Below are positions 59,271 through 64,000 of a stretch of 64,000 nt of DNA, piece after piece. Source of the stretch: an uncultured bacterium (GTDB taxonomy: Bacteria > Krumholzibacteriota > Krumholzibacteriia > LZORAL124-64-63). The position numbers and the translations under genes were made by a program. The notes under the pieces were generated by a model. That model did not search any database. It was not told where the DNA came from and was given only the letters and a program-made list of their open reading frames with translations. The stretch lies in the NCBI GenBank assembly GCA_963727525.1, contig CAVSGO010000008.1, forward strand, positions 64,001-128,000. The letters run 5' to 3'. The first letter of the stretch is position 1. Every line of letters begins with the position of its first letter.

Positions 59271-60315
59271 CTAGACGGTGGCGCGCGCCTGCAGCACTTC
59301 CGGGCCGAGGCGCAGCGCCTGGTACACGGACGCCGGCACGTGGTCGCTGTGCACGAGCCAGGCGAGGGCGCCGGCAAGGGCGGCGCGCAGCGGGCGCGGG
59401 GCGTAGCCGAGCGCGGCGGCGCGGGCGTGGTCGTACCAGTAATATCGGCCCACCATGAGCGCCTGCTGGCGCGTGGTGGGCGGGCGCTTGCCGGTGAACA
59501 GGCCCAGCAGCTCGTGGAGCGAGCCGGCCAGGTAGCTGGCCGTATGATTCGCCGTGACGAGGGGGCCGGGGATGCCGCACAGCTCGGAGATGGTGCGGTG
59601 CACGTCGGCCCAGGTGGCGTTGGTGCCGCCGAGCAGGTAGCACGCGCCGGGTGTCGCCGCGCTCGGCGGCGAGCACGTGCCCGCGGGCCACGTCCTGGGC
59701 GTGGACGATGTTGGCGCCGCCGAGCCAGGTGGTGCGGTACGGGTCCTTGAGATAGTTGACGAGGATGGCGTTGCTCTCGGTGAGGCGCGCATCCCAGGGG
59801 CCCACGCAGACGGTGGGGCGCACGGCCACCAGGGGCAGGGCGGCGTCGTGCGCGGCCGCGAAGGCCTCGGCCTCCTGCCGACGCTTGGAGGCGATGTAGT
59901 CGATGGCGTCGTCGTCGTGCGCGATCTGCGACTCGTCGCGCGCGCGGGGCTCGGCGGTGGCGCCCTGCACCACGGACGACGACGTGAGCACCACGCGCTT
60001 CACCTTCGTCTTCGCCGCGGCCGCGATGACGTGGCGCGTGCCGGCGCCGGCGATGTCGTCCAGCTCGGTGCGGGCGTGGCCCCAGTAGGCGAAGATGGCG
60101 GCGGCGTGGAAGACGACCTGGCAGCCCTTCATCGCGGCGGCGAGCGAGGGCGCGTCGCGGACGTCGCCCTCGGCGAAGTCGATCGCAAGGTCGGCGAGGT
60201 GGCGGCGGTCGCTCGTGGGGCGCACGAAGGCGCGCACGGTGTGGCCCTGCGCGAGCAGCTCGCGCACGATGTGGCCGCCCACCAGGCCGCTGGCGCCGGT
60301 CACGAGGGCTCTCAT
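59271..60315 (-). CDS. NAD-dependent epimerase/dehydratase (HpnA/dihydroflavonol-reductase-like); +1 frameshift at about 59660
   Basis: VTGASGLVG, VFHAAA, TSS, YIASK and VH.QDVARGH. Confidence 0.88.
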
Positions 60316-62456
60316 GGCGATCTCCACGGCGAGGGGCCGGGCGCGTCGCCCTTCCAGGTGAGGTCGCGGCGCAACGCGTCGAGCAGGCCGCCGACGAACT
60401 CGCCCACGAGATTGGCCGGGCCGTCGGTCGCGGACGTGCCGGACGGTCCGTCGAAGTGGCGGAAGCCGTCGGCGTCGACGTCGCCGGGGGCGCGGCCCGG
60501 CGCGCGGCGCACGAGCAGGGGCGCGAGCCAGGCCTCGATCTGGCGCACGGCGTCGACGATCATGGCCACCGGGCCACGTTCACCGGGCGTGCCGGGCTCG
60601 CCGTGGGCGGCGTCCCAGTCGCGGCCGATCGCGGGGTCGCGGCCCTCGTAGGTGGCGAGGAAGTTGGCGACGGTGCGGCTGAAGTACGTGGTGTAGGCGT
60701 CGGACACGAGGGCGTCCTTCACCTGGGGGAACCGGTCGAGCTGCATCGCCTCCAGCGCGGGCGGCAGCGCGAACTTCTGGCGCGCGACGATGGTGACCGA
60801 CGTGGTGTCGCCCGGCTGGCGCGCGAAGGTGACGATGCCGTCGTCGAACTGCGCGGAACCGTTCGCGCTGGTGACGGTGCGCCAGACGATGCGCTGCGTG
60901 TCGGCGCCGTACTGCACCACCTCGAGCTTGCCGACGTCGATCACGTCGCCGCCGAAGAGGGCGATCCAGTTGGGCTGGGGCAGGTAGATGTTGCGCTCGG
61001 CCTGGCGGATCACGCGGCCCTGGTCATCGCGCGCGAGCACCACGTGCGTGCCGCCGATCGAGTCGTTCATGGTGCGTACGGCGCTCGCGACGTCGACGCG
61101 CGCCACGAACGCGTCGTACGGGCGTTCCACGAGCTGCCGGTACTCGAAGAGCACCGAGCCGTCGAGATAGCGCCAGCGCAGGCCGTTGCGATCGGCCGGC
61201 ATGGCGTGCACGAGGGCGGCGAGGGGCTCCATGTAGTCGATCACGGCGGTGTAGTCGTCGGTCGGGAACGCGCTCGCGTCGAACCCGAGCGAGGTGGCGC
61301 GGCGGCGCAGGCCGTCCTTGTCGGCGAGGATGCGGCCGGTCTCGGCGGCGCGCACGACGGCGCCCAGCCAGAAGTTCACGAGCGTCAGGCCCCAGAGTTC
61401 TAGCGGCCGCGTGCCGGTGACGCCGGCGAGCAGGGCGTTCACGCGCTCGTCGATGTCGCTGCGGAAGGGGAACAGCTCGGTGTCCACCTGCTGCAGCCAG
61501 GGTTCGAGCGCGCTCACGAGGGCCGGCGACTGGTTGCGCGCGCGCACCGAGTCGCGCAGCAGCACGGGCACGTTGCGCCAGCCGGCGTAGGGCGCGCAGT
61601 CACCGTCGAGGCGGTGGCGCCGGGGCAGGCCGCCGGTGCGCAGCAGGGCGGCGTGGGGCCGGCTCGTGTAGGGGTCGAGGCCCATCTTCAGGGCGCCGGC
61701 CCAGTCGGCGAGCAGCAGGTCGGCGCTGGCGATGACGGTGTGCGTGGGTAGCGGATCGGCGCGGCGGCTGCCCGCGGCGCCGTGATTGCTGACGGTGGCG
61801 TCGATGAGCGTGAAGTGCGGCGGCGCGGCGCGCAGCAGGTCGCGGGCCACGTCGGCCGGGTCGAGGCGACGGCGGTAGTGGTAGTCCTTGTCGCGCAGGG
61901 GGAGCACGCCCAGCAGCGTCTGCAGGCCGAGGTGGTAGCCGTCTTCCTCGTCGGTCTTGCTGCGCGCGAAGACGAGGCGCACGTCGGCCTCGAGCCAGGT
62001 ACGCGCGAGGGGCGTGCCGCCGAGCACGCCGTCGGGCAGGTCGGGCAGGGGCACGAGATCCTCGCCGAGGTCGAGCACGTCGTAGGCGTGGCCGTCGTCG
62101 GTGGTCCAGCGGTAGCCGGCGAGGTCGGCGAGCACGGGCACCTCGCGGTTGAGGGCCCAGAGGTCGGCCCGCCCCGGCGCGTCGACCACGTCGATCCGGG
62201 CGTAGCCCTGGGCGATCATCAGGTCGATGAGATGCTCCACCAGGCGCGGATCGGTGCCCGTGGCGCCGGCGCGCGCGAAGACGGCGAGGTCGGGCTTGAT
62301 GACCACGCGCAGGCTCTGGCGCTTGCGGCGCGTGCGGCGGCGCACCGCCTCGAGCGCGTCCCAGAAGCCCGACGCCGCGAGGGCCTGGGCGAGCAGGTCG
62401 CGCGGGGCGGCGGCCGGATCGTGCGCGATGGCGGCGATCACGGGGGCGTCGCTCAT
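60312..62456 (-). CDS. DUF362-like protein with a C-terminal START-like region
   Basis: VVIKPD, TDPRLVEHL, LIDA and VIASAD..LAD; ATGA overlaps at both ends. Confidence 0.7.
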   Translation of the reverse strand: MSDAPVIAAIAHDPAAAPRDLLAQALAASGFWDALEAVRRRTRRKRQSLRVVIKPDLAVFARAGATGTDPRLVEHLIDLMIAQGYARIDVVDAPGRADLWALNREVPVLADLAGYRWTTDDGHAYDVLDLGEDLVPLPDLPDGVLGGTPLARTWLEADVRLVFARSKTDEEDGYHLGLQTLLGVLPLRDKDYHYRRRLDPADVARDLLRAAPPHFTLIDATVSNHGAAGSRRADPLPTHTVIASADLLLADWAGALKMGLDPYTSRPHAALLRTGGLPRRHRLDGDCAPYAGWRNVPVLLRDSVRARNQSPALVSALEPWLQQVDTELFPFRSDIDERVNALLAGVTGTRPLELWGLTLVNFWLGAVVRAAETGRILADKDGLRRRATSLGFDASAFPTDDYTAVIDYMEPLAALVHAMPADRNGLRWRYLDGSVLFEYRQLVERPYDAFVARVDVASAVRTMNDSIGGTHVVLARDDQGRVIRQAERNIYLPQPNWIALFGGDVIDVGKLEVVQYGADTQRIVWRTVTSANGSAQFDDGIVTFARQPGDTTSVTIVARQKFALPPALEAMQLDRFPQVKDALVSDAYTTYFSRTVANFLATYEGRDPAIGRDWDAAHGEPGTPGERGPVAMIVDAVRQIEAWLAPLLVRRAPGRAPGDVDADGFRHFDGPSGTSATDGPANLVGEFVGGLLDALRRDLTWKGDAPGPSPWRSP

Positions 62457-63713
62457 GCCGGCTCTCCTGCCGTCTCTCCTGCCGTCTCCATGGGGCTCAG
62501 CAGCGTGGCGTGGTGGAAGCCCAGGCGCGGATCGGCGAGGCGCGACATGGTGGGGCGGTATTGCTGCAGGTCGGGCATGGGCACGCGCTGCCGCAGCTCG
62601 AGCGACGGGTAGTCGTAGATGGTGACGTGGTTGCGCCCGCGGTTGGCGGTGAAGAGCAGCGTCTGATCGGCCGAGAGCTGGCAGGCGTGCACCGAGTCGA
62701 GCAGGGTGAAGCGGCTCACCCGTAAGGCTCCTGCGAAGTGGCGGCTCTGCGGCGCGAAGTTCACGCGCGCGAAGGCGTCGTACACCTGGCTGGCCATCTG
62801 ACGCGCGCAGCCCGCGGCCGCCACGAGGTCGGGCTTCTCGTCGATGAGGCGGTAGTCGGCGAAGGTCTTCAGGTCGACGAAGGCGATGGTCTGGCTGCCG
62901 CCGTTGCAGAAGATGAGTTCCCGATCGCTGATGGTGACGTCGCTGTTGATGTGCACCGGCACCTCGCGCCCGCTCACCCAGTGGCGCGTGACCACGGCGC
63001 GCGCCGGGTCGATCTCGTAGGCGTACTCCTTGTGGAACGCCATCACCCATTCCTGGTAGTCGCCGTCCTCGCCGGGCAGCACGCGGTACGACACGGCATA
63101 AAAGAGGTCATCGCTGGGGTGCACCGTGACGTGCCAGCAGGTGGTGGGCAGCGGGATGCGCGTGGCCGTGCCCTTCTCGAGGTCCCACACGCCCACCTCC
63201 TGCGCGCGCCCGCCGCGCGAGGGACTGGGGCTGTCCACCGAACCGTAGCAGAGCCAGCGTCCGCTGGGCGTGACCTTCATGCCGTGCGGTAGCTTCACCC
63301 CGTGCTCACCCAGGCGCTCCGGGATGGCCGAGGTCGCGGGTGTCGAAGAGATAGAGGTGCGCGCCGACGGCGGTGATGAAGCGCTGGTCGTCGAGCCACA
63401 CGGCGTGGGTGCTGCCCTGGACGGTGGTGTCGGTGGTCTCGAACTGCAGGGTGGAGATGCGGTCCAGCTCGTCGAGGGTGCGCGGATCGTAGAACAGGAG
63501 CTGCTGGCTGGTGCTGCCGAGGAAACCGCAGGTGCGCGACGGGTTCACGCTCAGCGCGTGGCCGCCCGCCAGCCCGTCGAAGTAGCGGATCTTGTAGGCG
63601 TGCGCGCCGTCGGCCGGGTCGTAAAGAAAGATGCATGCGCCGGCCAGGCCCTCCAGGCCGTTGATGCCGTTGCCGTCGAGGGCGATGTGGAAGGCGTAGG
63701 GATAGCGCCGCAT
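62453..63713 (-). CDS. Probable cytoplasmic His-rich beta-propeller protein; +1 frameshift at about 63320
   Basis: Joining two ORFs gives LGHPERLGEHGVKLPHG. Blade-like repeats GGHALSVNP, STHAVW, PHGMKVTP, CWHVTVHP, SVHACQLS and GFHH. Confidence 0.72.
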
Positions 63714-64000
63714 GCCCGCTTCCTCGTCGAGAATCCATTATCGGAGGAAATTTATCCTGGCAGCGACGATAGCTGAAAGCGACGGCGGGCGCATCAGGCA
63801 ATCACGAGACCGTGCTCCAGGTGTCACGGTTTCGTGCTAGACTGAGGGCGCGGGGACCGCGGGGACCTGACAACGAACTGGGAGACATCGGCATGGGAAA
63901 ACCGTCCCGTAGACGGCGGACGTTGCCGTGATCGCCGAGGCGGGGCGTGTTCTCTTCGTGGCCGGATTGCTCGGCGTGCTCGGCGCGCAGGTCTATGCCT

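Noticed and set aside
63890-64000. Partial + strand gene at the window end
   Set aside because: Too short to support. The ATG frame stops after 12 codons and the hydrophobic GTG frame is cut by the window edge.

Overview
GC-rich bacterial DNA. The many signal-peptide proteins ending in either a FlgD-type Ig domain or a short W-G-x-x-K-x-x-[YFW]-R tail suggest an FCB-affiliated candidate lineage such as Krumholzibacteriota, Latescibacterota or Eisenbacteria (inference only). From left to right: two ECF sigma/anti-sigma pairs, one divergent from a signal-peptide TPR-CHAT protease; arcA with an MFS transporter; a polyphosphate cluster (CHAD, an atypical PFK, methyltransferase, ppk2, metallophosphoesterase, sixA, ppk1); NfeD/slipin; DsbD-N/redoxin; NusG-II/ApbE; a degenerate hybrid kinase; a frameshifted sat; an integron cassette array with no integrase in the window (MNT/HEPN toxin-antitoxin plus two more cassettes and three attC-like sites); DUF4256, radical SAM, DinB and several secreted proteins; a four-gene operon of uncharacterised cytoplasmic proteins; an approximately 13 kb island of surface-protein genes (FGE lipoprotein, three mosaic beta-helix paralogues, two FlgD-tail copies, a 1329-aa propeller protein) with an IS4 element flanked by a 9-bp duplication; and a beta-propeller/DUF362/SDR/START operon. 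Five +1 frameshifts in otherwise intact genes probably reflect sequencing error. No rRNA, tRNA or CRISPR array was recognised. Family names come from motif recognition, not database searches. The best candidates for undescribed biology are the shared C-terminal tail, the CHAT-ECF module and the two minus-strand operons that the island may have split.
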